This document shows positions 1 through 9,552 of a stretch of DNA of 64,000 nt, in pieces. The stretch spans positions 6,719-70,718 of the forward strand of contig CBFCXZ010000009.1 of the NCBI GenBank assembly GCA_965602275.1, in the 5' to 3' direction. Numbering within the stretch: position 1 is the first letter of the stretch; the number at the start of each line of letters is the position of its first letter. Source of the DNA: an uncultured bacterium (GTDB taxonomy: Bacteria; Campylobacterota; Campylobacteria; Campylobacterales; Sulfurovaceae). The notes below the pieces were generated by a model. The model was not told the DNA's origin. It worked only from the letters and a program-made list of their open reading frames with translations, and made no database searches. Made by a program: the position numbers and the translations under genes.

Positions 1-2
1 GC

Positions 3-359
3 GTCAATAACTTTTATGCGTACAATGACATTGGGAAAGTGGTGAACCCCATGATAGCTGAGGGTCAGGTAGAAGGTGGAGTAGCACAGGGGATCGGCTT
101 TGCCCTGTATGAGAGAGTGGTCCATAAAGACGGCGAGGTTAAAAACAATCGTCTAAGTGATTATAGTGTACCAATGGCTGCGGACCTGCCAAAACTGCAT
201 ATCGCCTTTCTCAACAGGGATGAGCCATCAAAAGGACTTGGTGAGCTTCCGATGGACGGTCCTGCTGCCGCGGTTGCCAATGCACTTACCCATGCACTTG
301 ATACAGCTTTTGATGACCTTACCATCACCCCTGAAACCGTGGAGGAAAAATGCAGATAA
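3..359 (+). CDS. Xanthine dehydrogenase/CO dehydrogenase family molybdopterin-binding subunit, C-terminal part (5' end outside the window)
   Basis: Frame open from base 3 (VNNFYAYNDIGKVVNP...). EGQVEGGVAQGIG and KGLGELP (catalytic Glu) motifs. Followed by 2Fe-2S and FAD subunits. Confidence 0.92.
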   Translation, partial: VNNFYAYNDIGKVVNPMIAEGQVEGGVAQGIGFALYERVVHKDGEVKNNRLSDYSVPMAADLPKLHIAFLNRDEPSKGLGELPMDGPAAAVANALTHALDTAFDDLTITPETVEEKCR

Positions 360-793
360 TATGTACTATAAACAGTAAACCTTGCTCTCTTAAATGTGAA
401 CCGGACCAACGTGCTCTTGATATTCTCAGAGCAATGGGTATGCTCTCCGTGAAAGAGGGGTGTGGCGAAGGCGCGTGCGGCGCGTGCAGTATCTTTTTTA
501 ACGGCAAATTGATCAACTCCTGCCTGCTTCTTGCACCCCAGATGCAAGGTGCCGAAATAACAACACTGGAAGGGTTACAAAAAGAGACAGAAACGATACG
601 TGAAAACTTTGTCAGAGAAGGTGCAGTACAGTGCGGTTTTTGTACACCGGGATTTGTCATGCGTGCTTATGACTATATTGAACGTGATGGTATAAAAGAT
701 GAAAAGATCTTAAAAGAGGCACTCGATGGCAATCTTTGCCGATGTACAGGGTATCAGAAAATTGTCGAAGCTATTTTGAAGAGTATGCCATGA
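350..793 (+). CDS. Xanthine dehydrogenase family (2Fe-2S) iron-sulfur subunit
   Basis: CGEGACGACS...C and QCGFCTPG...NLCRCTGY cluster motifs. Confidence 0.95.
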   Translation: MQIICTINSKPCSLKCEPDQRALDILRAMGMLSVKEGCGEGACGACSIFFNGKLINSCLLLAPQMQGAEITTLEGLQKETETIRENFVREGAVQCGFCTPGFVMRAYDYIERDGIKDEKILKEALDGNLCRCTGYQKIVEAILKSMP

Positions 794-1596
794 TTTATCA
801 TAGAGCCAAAAACCTTGATGATGCAATGAAGTTGATCGCAGAACATCCTGACTTTCTATTGATGTGCGGAAGTACTGATGTCGCAGTAGGGTTAAAAAAG
901 CAAAAAAGTGTAAACGGCATCATCGATATCCATGCCTTAACTGAGCTTCAGGGCATTAAAATAGTGTCAAATACCATGCTTATCGGGGCGTTGACTACCA
1001 TTACTGATATTTTGGAGAGCACTGAAGTACGCGCACATCTGCCGATGCTTTTTGCCGTAGTAAAAGTGTTTGGTTCACATCAGATCCGAAATGTGGCCAC
1101 CATTGGCGGTAATATTGCCAATGCCTCACCGGCAGTGGATCTTACTGTCGTGTTATTGGCGCTCAATGCAACCGTCACACTGGGTTCACAGAAGGGAGAG
1201 AGAATCATAGACCTTGAGGCGCTTTTTTGTGGTTACAAGTGTACAAAACTGGATCATGAGATCATCCTTGACATTCGCATCCCTTTGCAGGAACATCAGT
1301 GGTATTACAGAAAAGCAGGAGCGCGGGAGCGGCTGAATATCACAAAAGTGAGTCTGGCGATGGTAAAAAACAGCGAAGGTTACTGTATCAGCGGTGCCTC
1401 ACTTAACCCATATGCTTTGCGGTTTAGAAAGGTAGAGAGTTTATTAAACAGCGATAATTTCAGTGATGAAAAAATCAAAGAGGCATTAGCGCAGGATACC
1501 GCTCCATCAGGCGCTTTGCGTTCGACAAAAGCGTATCGTGTGCGGGTTGCATTCAATATGATCAAAGAAGCGCTTTCAGGATTTACAGTATTATGA
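790..1596 (+). CDS. Xanthine dehydrogenase family FAD-binding subunit
   Basis: ATG at 790 overlaps the upstream stop (ATGA). QIRNVATIGGNIANASP motif and C-terminal YR motif. Confidence 0.93.
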   Translation: MIYHRAKNLDDAMKLIAEHPDFLLMCGSTDVAVGLKKQKSVNGIIDIHALTELQGIKIVSNTMLIGALTTITDILESTEVRAHLPMLFAVVKVFGSHQIRNVATIGGNIANASPAVDLTVVLLALNATVTLGSQKGERIIDLEALFCGYKCTKLDHEIILDIRIPLQEHQWYYRKAGARERLNITKVSLAMVKNSEGYCISGASLNPYALRFRKVESLLNSDNFSDEKIKEALAQDTAPSGALRSTKAYRVRVAFNMIKEALSGFTVL

Positions 1597-2141
1597 CAGT
1601 GGTCCTGCTTGCCGCCGGAAAATCAAGCCGGACCTCTACAATGAAACAGCTTTATCCGATTAAAGCTGAGTACCTGATCAATGTGCAGATCAGAGCTCTT
1701 CAGACTTATGGCTTTGATGTTGCAGTGGTTTTGGGACATGAATATGAAAGGATTCGTACTATTCTTGATAACAGTGTGATGATAGTGCATAATGAAAATT
1801 ATGAAGAGGGAATGTTCTCTTCGGTAAAAAAGGCTTTTGAGGTGTTGGATGAAGAGCAGCTTGTCTTCTGTCATATTGATAGGCCGATACCGGATTTGAC
1901 CGTATTTGAAGCACTTTTACAAAGTGACAATGACATAGCCGTTGCTTTTTACCAAGGAGAAAAAGCACCTCCGATCTGTATCAGATCCTCGATGAAAAAG
2001 CGATTGTTGAATTCAAATCTAAAGCGTCTTGATCACTGGATAGCGGCGGAAGATGATGTGGCGTATGTGGAGATTGATGATCCAAAAGTGCATTATAATG
2101 CCAATACAGATGAAGCATTAAAAAGGTATTTTGATGAATAA
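1593..2141 (+). CDS. mocA: Molybdenum cofactor cytidylyltransferase (MocA-like nucleotidyltransferase)
   Basis: VLLAAGKSSR N-terminus, NENYEEGMFSS, HIDRP. Coupled to an XDH operon that needs MCD cofactor. Confidence 0.8.
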   Translation: MTVVLLAAGKSSRTSTMKQLYPIKAEYLINVQIRALQTYGFDVAVVLGHEYERIRTILDNSVMIVHNENYEEGMFSSVKKAFEVLDEEQLVFCHIDRPIPDLTVFEALLQSDNDIAVAFYQGEKAPPICIRSSMKKRLLNSNLKRLDHWIAAEDDVAYVEIDDPKVHYNANTDEALKRYFDE

Positions 2142-2649
2142 CACTATTTTGATCACCTCTTTTTCAACATGGAAATCGCATCATATTACTAATTCGTCAG
2201 ATGATCTGCTGCATCTGCTCAGTGAAAGAGAACTTGGCCCATTCAATTTTCTAAGAAAACTTCCTGTGGAATTTGAGTTAGCTCCTCAACATGTTCTCAG
2301 CAGGTTCAATGAGCTTCGACCCAAAGTGTTGATCTGCTGCGGCATGGCGGAAGAGCGTACAAAACTCAATATCGAGTCCAGTGCTGTTCTTGACGAACAG
2401 ATCCTGCAAACCAGTGTGGATTTGGACAAATTGACCGCTGATCTGCTGATGACGGAGATCAGCCATGATGCAGGAGAGTTTGTCTGTAATACACTCTACT
2501 ACAAGACGCTCGAACATCTCTCTTCGCAAGAGGAGAATCATCACTCTATTTTTGTTCATGTTCCAGTGATTACAGAGGAGAACAAGAGTCTTCTTGTGGC
2601 AGATTTTATATCGATCATAGAACGGTTATCTGTAATGTCATTTGAGTAA
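2134..2649 (+). CDS. pcp: Pyroglutamyl-peptidase I (peptidase C15)
   Basis: ILITSF N-terminus. Catalytic Glu (NIES), Cys (DAGEFVCN) and His (IFVHVP). Confidence 0.88.
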   Translation: MNNTILITSFSTWKSHHITNSSDDLLHLLSERELGPFNFLRKLPVEFELAPQHVLSRFNELRPKVLICCGMAEERTKLNIESSAVLDEQILQTSVDLDKLTADLLMTEISHDAGEFVCNTLYYKTLEHLSSQEENHHSIFVHVPVITEENKSLLVADFISIIERLSVMSFE

Positions 2650-2677
2650 TAAAACCCTCTGAATAAAAAGGAAAGCC

Positions 2678-4195
2678 ATGTTATATCAAATTTTAAAAGA
2701 TACGAGCGAACGGCTCCCCAATAAGATTGCAGCAGTCTATGATGACAGAGAGTACACATACCATGAACTGCTTCTTTTAACCGACCGTATGGCAAACGCT
2801 CTTTTGAGGCTTGGCATGAAAAAAGGGGATCGGCTTGCGTTTTATCTGTATAACTGCCCGGAGATCATCATCTGCTATTTTGCCTGCTTTAAGATCGCAG
2901 TCACGGTTATCCCCATCAATTACCGCCTCAAAGAGGATGAGGCACACTACATCATCGACCATAGCAAACCAACTGTTTTGATCAGTCAGAAGAGCCTGTT
3001 TTCACAAATTGCCGATAACATGCCTGAGTTGCCGAGTGTAGAGCGCAGTTATCTCATTGACACTGAGGGGGAGTTTGCCGATACCTTGCATTTTTCGGAT
3101 CTGATGAATCCGGTAGAAAGTCCAGCCACTTATGCTGAAATTCCGGGTAAGACAGAGGCTGCTGTCCTATATACTTCCGGAACGACAGGGAAACCCAAAG
3201 GTGCAGTGCTGGCGCATGACCAGATGATGACCCACACTGTTGGTCACTGCAAGTTGGTGAATTATCAGCCTCAGGACAGAACATTGGTATGTCTGGCACT
3301 CTCCAACAACTTTGCATTCAGTCATCAAATGCTTTCTGCTCTTTATACCGGTGCAACATTGGAAATCAATGCCGCTTTTGATCCGGATGAGGTGCTGGAA
3401 AAGATTGAAAAAAGCGGTATCACCATGCTCTATATGATGCCGGTAATGTTTCATGCGCTCAACAAACAAGCAGCAACAAAAAACCTTCCTATTCCGAATC
3501 AATTGCGCCTGGCTATTGTTGCAGGCGATACCACCCCCTTTGTGGTCTTGAACCGGTTCAAGGAGATATTTGGGTTGGAGATGTGTGAAGGGCTCGGCAT
3601 GGCCGAAACACAGATCTATGCGCTTAACCCTTTAGGAGAAGGAAAAAAGAGAGGCTCTGTAGGTTTGCCCGTTACTTACACGGAGGTTGCTATTCAAGAT
3701 GACCAGGGCAACCCATCACCGGTGGGTGAAACGGGGGAGATTGCAGTCAGGGGAGAGATTGTTATGCGGAGTTACCTGAATAACGCGAAGGTCACAGCAG
3801 AAAGCTTTCGCAACGGGTGGTTTCTGACCGGCGATCTTGGCTATTTTGATGATGACAGCTATCTGTGGTTCAGAGGACGCAGAAAACAGCTGATCCTCCA
3901 TGACGGCTCCAATATCTCACCCCAGGAAGTCGAAGAGGTCTTCTATCACCATCCGGCTGTTTTTGAAGTCGGTGTCATCGGTGTGCCGGATAAGTTTGAA
4001 GGAGAGATGGTGCATGCTTTTGTAGCACTGAAGCCAGAGGTTAAGGCTGTCAGCGAAGAGGAACTACTGGATTTTGCCAGAGAACACCTTGCCGATTATA
4101 AGCTGCCAGAAAGCATCACCTTTATCGATGCACTGCCCAAAGGTGCAACGGGAAAAATTGACCGTAAACTGCTTAAGCAATATGATAAAAATTGA
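2678..4195 (+). CDS. AMP-binding acyl-CoA synthetase / fatty-acid-CoA ligase
   Basis: YTSGTTGKPKG P-loop, GLGMAET, TGDLG, and C-terminal LPKGATGKIDRK. Confidence 0.93.
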   Translation: MLYQILKDTSERLPNKIAAVYDDREYTYHELLLLTDRMANALLRLGMKKGDRLAFYLYNCPEIIICYFACFKIAVTVIPINYRLKEDEAHYIIDHSKPTVLISQKSLFSQIADNMPELPSVERSYLIDTEGEFADTLHFSDLMNPVESPATYAEIPGKTEAAVLYTSGTTGKPKGAVLAHDQMMTHTVGHCKLVNYQPQDRTLVCLALSNNFAFSHQMLSALYTGATLEINAAFDPDEVLEKIEKSGITMLYMMPVMFHALNKQAATKNLPIPNQLRLAIVAGDTTPFVVLNRFKEIFGLEMCEGLGMAETQIYALNPLGEGKKRGSVGLPVTYTEVAIQDDQGNPSPVGETGEIAVRGEIVMRSYLNNAKVTAESFRNGWFLTGDLGYFDDDSYLWFRGRRKQLILHDGSNISPQEVEEVFYHHPAVFEVGVIGVPDKFEGEMVHAFVALKPEVKAVSEEELLDFAREHLADYKLPESITFIDALPKGATGKIDRKLLKQYDKN

Positions 4196-4318
4196 TGGGC
4201 TACGGTTTTTTCAACAATAGCAAAGTGGCTTCCGTCATCGCCTCGATATCGGTTTTAATGGTGGCTTCGGGAGAAGGGGTGGCAGTGAAGTTTTCTACTG
4301 TGTTGCATGCTCATATGC
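4100..4318 (+). repeat. Direct repeat copy 1 (live acyl-CoA ligase 3' end + dead amidohydrolase 3' end)
   Basis: Colinear with 6147-~6388. The first 96 nt have 10 mismatches. This copy has an internal deletion of about 20 nt. Confidence 0.92.
4200..4318 (-). pseudogene. Remnant of the M20 amidohydrolase 3' end
   Basis: Reads AYEHATQ*KTSLPP/frameshift/PSPEATIKTDIEAMTEATLLLLKKP*, versus the live VYKQAKQQKTSLPSLHSSYFAPPPETTIKTGIEAMTEAALLLLKKQ*. Confidence 0.88.
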
Positions 4319-4400
4319 AAGCAGGATTAGTATATTGGGAAAGAATTTTGCTATACTTGTTACAGATTTAAATAACTCGATTTTAAAATAGACAAAGGAG

Positions 4401-6125
4401 ATGTCAGCCATGAAAAAGTTTGCAGTGTATATGAGTATTGTATTTTTGATTTTTGTTGCCGGATGCGGTGGGGATAGTTCATCATCCATTGATCTGAGCT
4501 TGGGCTGTAAAAATAAAGCAGTCATTAACACCACGACCGGTTCATTTTGTGCGGCATCCGATTCTCCGGAAGATCTCAATGCCTACAAAGGGATCAAATA
4601 CGCAAAGGGCGGCCAGACATACCGTTGGCAATCCCCTGTAGCTGCAGATGACTTTGTTATTGCGAGAGAAGCAGGCACCTTTGGCAATGTTTGTGCGCAG
4701 CTAGATACTTCCATACTGGGAGCTGATGCTTTGGCTGCGTTGACAGACGATTTTAATGTCAGTTCCAAGGGGTCTGAAGACTGCCTTTTCCTTAATGTCT
4801 ATGCCCCTAAAGAGACCCAAAATGAGAAAAAACCGGTAGTTGTGTGGATCCCCGGAGGGGCATTTTTACTAGGAACCGGTTCTGACATCACCTTTAATCC
4901 GCAACATATTGCTGAATTTGAAGATATGGTTGTGGTGACACTCAACTACCGTCTTGGAATATTTGGCTTTTTAAACCTTCCCGATGCCTATAAAAAAGAG
5001 GGTGTCACCTCGGCAAACTTCGGCCTGCAGGATCAGGCAATGGCCATCAAATGGGTCTATGAAAACATTGAGCACTTCGGCGGCGACAAAGAGAAGATCA
5101 CCATCATGGGCCAGAGCGCCGGCTCCATGTCGGTCGGTTTTCACCTGGTCAACAATGACGCAGAGACCAGTAACTACTTCAGAGCTGCCATTATGCAAAG
5201 TCCCTACATGGGCTTTCCCATCAAAACAGATGAGCAGGCCCTGGATGTCGGAAGTTATTCGGCAAACGCAATGATAGAAGAGTGCAAGAAGGACGACAAT
5301 GTTTCTGATCCGATTCAGTGTCTATACGAAACACTTTCAACAGAAGATATTATTGTTGACATTGAGCTAACTGGGTTGACGACCTACCTTATTCAGGCCT
5401 TCTTCGTCAGCGGTTCATTTTCAGATATCTTTCCGTATGAGCCCTATATCGATAATGAGATGGTCAAGTCCAACCTGGTCGACGGCGAGATCAAAAAACC
5501 CCTGCTTATCGGAAACACTAAAAGCGAAAGCAACTTTTTTCTTGCGCTGATTAAGCCATATTACGATATTTCAACAGAAGCAGCCTATGAAAATTTTATC
5601 GACCACATGTTTAAGGATCTCAATAAAACAACACTCATGCAAATGTACCCTTACGAGAGTGAGGAGCCCGTAAAAGCGCTGGGAAATCTAGTCAGCGACT
5701 ACGCGTTTAAATGTGCAAGCACGACCTTTATAGAGACTGACACCTTTGCAGATACCTATATTTACAAATTTAATTTTGAGTCCGGGTTTAACCGATGGAA
5801 AGACGGCCCTATGTGTGACGCGCCTGCAGTGTGCCACTCTGCCGATCTTCCTTATACGTTCCATCAGTTCTACTACAGCGACGACACACCGATCCCGAAT
5901 GTAAGCGATAATGAAAAGAACTTCAGCGTTGCAATGATCGGCCGCTGGAGCGAATTTGACAAAACACATAGCCTGAACGGCTTTGCACCTTACAGCCCAG
6001 ACGTTGAGAACTTTATCGATATCAACAACACCGCACCTTACTTTTTTGAACAAAGCGGCACATTTTCAACAGAGCACAACTGTAAGTTTTGGAACGACTA
6101 TTATAAGGTACAGAAGAATCCTTAA
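4401..6125 (+). CDS. Type-B carboxylesterase/lipase family lipoprotein
   Basis: Lipobox FVAGC. SEDCLFLNVY, PGGAF oxyanion hole, GQSAG nucleophile, CHSADL His. Own RBS (AAGGAG) and TGCTATACT extended -10 near 4350. Confidence 0.93.
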   Translation: MSAMKKFAVYMSIVFLIFVAGCGGDSSSSIDLSLGCKNKAVINTTTGSFCAASDSPEDLNAYKGIKYAKGGQTYRWQSPVAADDFVIAREAGTFGNVCAQLDTSILGADALAALTDDFNVSSKGSEDCLFLNVYAPKETQNEKKPVVVWIPGGAFLLGTGSDITFNPQHIAEFEDMVVVTLNYRLGIFGFLNLPDAYKKEGVTSANFGLQDQAMAIKWVYENIEHFGGDKEKITIMGQSAGSMSVGFHLVNNDAETSNYFRAAIMQSPYMGFPIKTDEQALDVGSYSANAMIEECKKDDNVSDPIQCLYETLSTEDIIVDIELTGLTTYLIQAFFVSGSFSDIFPYEPYIDNEMVKSNLVDGEIKKPLLIGNTKSESNFFLALIKPYYDISTEAAYENFIDHMFKDLNKTTLMQMYPYESEEPVKALGNLVSDYAFKCASTTFIETDTFADTYIYKFNFESGFNRWKDGPMCDAPAVCHSADLPYTFHQFYYSDDTPIPNVSDNEKNFSVAMIGRWSEFDKTHSLNGFAPYSPDVENFIDINNTAPYFFEQSGTFSTEHNCKFWNDYYKVQKNP

Positions 6126-6146
6126 TGAAATCCCATCATAATATCA

Positions 6147-6388
6147 AAGCTACCGGAAAGCATCACTTTTATCGATGGACCACCTAAAGGTGCAACGGGA
6201 AAAATAGACCGTAAACTGCTAAAGCAATATGATAAAAGTTGATGAGCTACTGTTTTTTCAACAAAAGCAAAGCGGCTTCCGTCATCGCCTCGATACCTGT
6301 TTTGATAGTAGTCTCTGGAGGAGGTGCAAAGTATGACGAGTGTAAGGATGGCAACGAAGTTTTCTGCTGCTTTGCTTGTTTGTATACT
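6147..6388 (+). repeat. Direct repeat copy 2 (dead acyl-CoA ligase 3' end + live amidohydrolase 3' end)
   Basis: 6147-6242 translates KLPESITFIDGPPKGATGKIDRKLLKQYDKS*, versus the live KLPESITFIDALPKGATGKIDRKLLKQYDKN*. Confidence 0.92.
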
Positions 6389-7506
6389 GCAGGGTCAGTG
6401 GCACCCAATCTGAACATTAATGAAGGGATACGCGGTTCAATCCGGCCATAAAGTGTAAAATCTTCGCCGACCATAGAGGGTTGAATGTCTTTAACCTGCT
6501 CACGACCCAATCGCTTTTCAAAATGTTCTCGAATTCGTTGCGATAGTGCAGGGTCATTGTAGACTGCCGGTATATACTTTTGCTCTATATGAACTTCGGG
6601 CAGTTTGTCCTCCGGCATACCGAACGAGCGTGCCTGATTTTCCGCGATCCGTTTAATAGACGTGAGCACGTTTTTTCTTGTCTCTTCGGTATAGGTGCGC
6701 ACGGTGAGCTGCAGATCAACCTGTTCCGGGATATTCTCGCGCTTCATTCCTCCCTGAATGGTACCGACGGTCACAACGGCCGTATCTTCTGATGACACTT
6801 CACGCGATACGATGGTCTGCAGTGCGATCACGATATGTGCTGCCAGGACAATAGGATCTTTGGCAGAAGCTGGCATGGCTCCGTGACCGCCCTGACCAAA
6901 CACATTGATATCTACTGAGTCCACATTGGCAAAACTGTATCCGGACTGTACCGATACTGTACCACTGGGAAGTTCGGGGTGGACATGCAGGGCAAGATTA
7001 TAATCGGGCCGCACAAACTGCTCAAAAAGCCCATCTTCAAGCATTAATCGGGCACCGGCACCCTTCTCTTCAGCTGGTTGGGAGATCATCATCAGGGTGC
7101 CGGACCAGTGATCTTTCATAGCCGCCATTCTTCGGGCAGTCCCGATAAAAAGTGACATATGGATGTCATGGCCACAGGCATGCATGACCGGAAGGTTCTG
7201 TCCACTCTTTTCTTGGTGGTATTGTGTACTGCTATAGGGAAGTTCTGTTTTTTCCTTGACAGGCAGGGCGTCCATATCGGTGCGGATCATCACCGTTGGC
7301 CCCTCACCGTTGCACATCAGGGCAACCAAGCCGTATCCGCCAACCCTTTCGGTGACTTCAAAGCCGATTTCACGCAGCTCTTTTGCAAGGCGCTCAGCGG
7401 TTTTTTGTTCATGAAAGGAGAGTTCCGGATGGCTGTGAAGGTGCGTATACAGTTTATGAATATATGGATAATCCTTGTCAATCATATTTTTTAGTGTATT
7501 ATTCAT
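6247..7506 (-). CDS. M20 family (M20D, hippurate hydrolase/aminoacylase-like) amidohydrolase
   Basis: HSHPELSF, RTDMDALP, HACGHDIH, QPAEE, GEDF and LHSS motifs. Confidence 0.93.
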   Translation of the reverse strand: MNNTLKNMIDKDYPYIHKLYTHLHSHPELSFHEQKTAERLAKELREIGFEVTERVGGYGLVALMCNGEGPTVMIRTDMDALPVKEKTELPYSSTQYHQEKSGQNLPVMHACGHDIHMSLFIGTARRMAAMKDHWSGTLMMISQPAEEKGAGARLMLEDGLFEQFVRPDYNLALHVHPELPSGTVSVQSGYSFANVDSVDINVFGQGGHGAMPASAKDPIVLAAHIVIALQTIVSREVSSEDTAVVTVGTIQGGMKRENIPEQVDLQLTVRTYTEETRKNVLTSIKRIAENQARSFGMPEDKLPEVHIEQKYIPAVYNDPALSQRIREHFEKRLGREQVKDIQPSMVGEDFTLYGRIEPRIPSLMFRLGATDPAVYKQAKQQKTSLPSLHSSYFAPPPETTIKTGIEAMTEAALLLLKKQ

Positions 7507-7594
7507 CGGCAATACTCTGTGTAAAATCTGACAGGATCAAGACAAAGAGAAGCATAAATCCTGTTACTTTGCAGAGCCTTGTTTTATGCGACAA
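7499..7594 (-). pseudogene. Out-of-frame signal-peptide-encoding 5' segment of the amidohydrolase
   Basis: A TTG-started 31-codon ORF (MSHKTRLCKVTGFMLLFVLILSDFTQSIADE*) overlaps the main ORF start. Removing 1 nt near 7501 fuses them. Confidence 0.5.
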
Positions 7595-7823
7595 TCTCTC
7601 AGATAAATAGACTTTCATTATACCCATTTTTGTCATTATATCCCTCGCAAATTTATTTGGATTCCTTCTTTATTTTATCGAAAAAGAGACAAAAAACAAA
7701 ACTTCAATATCCGTCACTATCCGTTAAGGGTAATTTACATATAATATTTTAAGATGTTACGCATTGCACGTTATGAATGAAGTTATGAATACAGCTTGAA
7801 TTGAAAATATAAATGGAGAAGGG

Positions 7824-9203
7824 ATGATTGATCAGGCAATTGTAGTTATCTATCTTATAGGCATTTTAATCTTGGGACTCTGGGCCGCGAAAGGCGTGTC
7901 AGACCTGAAACAGTTCTCGGTTGTGGGGCGCTCTTTCGGTGCGATGGTCATCTTTCTGACTTTATCTGCATCTTTCATTGGTGGCGGCTTCTCGATGGGA
8001 AATGCCGAGAAGGTCTTTTTATTCGGGATCGTGAACATCTTCGCGCTTTGGGGATTCAGCATCAAAGAAATCCTGGTGGCGACCTTGATCGCTCCCAAAA
8101 TGGATAAATACCCGAATGCGATCTCCGTGGGGGACATTATGTATGAAAATTACGGGAACTTTGCTAAGATCGTAACCGGGATTTTATCCATAATCCTCTG
8201 TGCAGGTATACTTGGTGCACAGGTAGGGGCCATAGGCTATATTTTCAACGTCTTCCTGGACATCCCTCAAATCTACGGTATCCTTGTAGGTTGCGGCATC
8301 GTGATCATCTATTCTACGATTGGCGGAATGCGATCGGTTGTTTTTACCGACATTGTTCAATTCTTCGTCCTATTCATCGGTATCACGTTGACGCTGATTT
8401 TTGGGTATTTCCATGTCGGCGGCTGGTCGGGCATCACAGCATCCGTACCTGCAACTCATTTCACTTTCTTGGGAACTGACAAGACACTTGTACAGTTTAT
8501 CTCCCTGTTCCTGACTTTTTTGTTGGGCGAGACTCTGATCCAGCCTTATGTCCAACGTCTCTTCCTCTCAAAAGAAGCTGCCCATACGGCAAAGGGTACG
8601 TTTTGGAGCGGGGTTTTCTCGTTCCCGTTTTTTGCCATTACCGGCTTTATCGGCATCATCGCTTTGACGATCGATCCCGATCTTAACCCTAACCTGGCGA
8701 TGCCGTTTGTTATCACAGAAGTGCTTCCCATCGGCCTGAAAGGCTTGGTCATCGCCGGAGTCATCTCCATCGTCATGTCCTCGGCCGACTCTTTTCTTAA
8801 CGGGGCATCAGTAGCCTTTACCCACGACGTAGTAAAGCCGCTTAGATCAAAGGTAATGGACGAAAAGCAGGCGCTTGTCGTAACTCGGATATTCAATATC
8901 TTTGTCGGCGTCCTGGCGGTGATCATTGCGATAAAAATAAAAAGCATCCTGGACATACTCATCTATTCCTACAACTTCTGGTCGCCTGTTATGCTGGTTC
9001 CGCTGGTTGCGGCCATTCTCGGAGTCAAGGCCAATGTAAAGCACTTCATCGCCGGAGCTTCAGCTGGGATCCTCGGTGTGCTTATCTGGAACTTCGCTCT
9101 CAACAATCCCGGTGGCTTTGATGGTTTGATCGTCGGTGTCTTCTGTAACTTTTTTGTCTTTTTTATTGCTTACTTCATTGAAGGCAAAAAAAAGGCTGTA
9201 TGA
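7824..9203 (+). CDS. Sodium:solute symporter (SSS/SLC5 family)
   Basis: About 13 TM helices. SASFIGGGF, YSTIGGMRSVVFTDIVQ and VMSSADS motifs. Confidence 0.93.
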   Translation: MIDQAIVVIYLIGILILGLWAAKGVSDLKQFSVVGRSFGAMVIFLTLSASFIGGGFSMGNAEKVFLFGIVNIFALWGFSIKEILVATLIAPKMDKYPNAISVGDIMYENYGNFAKIVTGILSIILCAGILGAQVGAIGYIFNVFLDIPQIYGILVGCGIVIIYSTIGGMRSVVFTDIVQFFVLFIGITLTLIFGYFHVGGWSGITASVPATHFTFLGTDKTLVQFISLFLTFLLGETLIQPYVQRLFLSKEAAHTAKGTFWSGVFSFPFFAITGFIGIIALTIDPDLNPNLAMPFVITEVLPIGLKGLVIAGVISIVMSSADSFLNGASVAFTHDVVKPLRSKVMDEKQALVVTRIFNIFVGVLAVIIAIKIKSILDILIYSYNFWSPVMLVPLVAAILGVKANVKHFIAGASAGILGVLIWNFALNNPGGFDGLIVGVFCNFFVFFIAYFIEGKKKAV

Positions 9204-9230
9204 AAGGATATCAATAAAGGAATGGAGAAA

Positions 9231-9552
9231 ATGATGAACCGATGGATGAAGATAGCATATATAATGAAGCAACGGAAGGGATGCTTGCTAATGAGGGAGG
9301 CCCTTTCGGTGCCGTCATTATTCAAGATGGCAAGGTCATAGCAGCAGCACATAATGAAGTTCTTAAAACCAATGAACCCACTGCCATGCTGAAATCAATG
9401 CCATCCGGCGAGCCAGTGAACAGCTTGAGCACTATAATCTATCTGACTGTGTCTTGTATACCAGTGATGTGATTTTCAAACAGATCGATTATGAAACCAA
9501 TAGCAAACTTTTCGATCAGTGGCTTGAAAAAGATGACCGTCAGATCTATTGA
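9231..9552 (+). pseudogene. guaD: Guanine deaminase (Bacillus GuaD-type, cytidine deaminase fold) pseudogene
   Basis: MMNRWMKIAY/fs/NEATEGMLANEGGPFGAVII...PTA/fs/HAEINAIRRASEQL...VLYTS/deletion/...FDQWLEKDDRQIY*. Two frameshifts, and the PCxxC segment is missing. Confidence 0.85.

Noticed and set aside
1-2141. Selenocysteine/selenium-dependent XDH
   Set aside because: No in-frame TGA in the visible subunits and no yqeB/yqeC/selD in the window. The upstream part cannot be assessed.
4295-4579. 94-aa minus-strand ORF
   Set aside because: Antisense to the esterase 5' end. Only its last 7 codons are the amidohydrolase relic already reported.
7600-7824. Purine riboswitch upstream of the SSS or ade operons
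   Set aside because: No purine-aptamer consensus (UAUAA…AUAUGG…GUUUCUAC…CCGUAAA…GACUA) found here or at 20333-20450.
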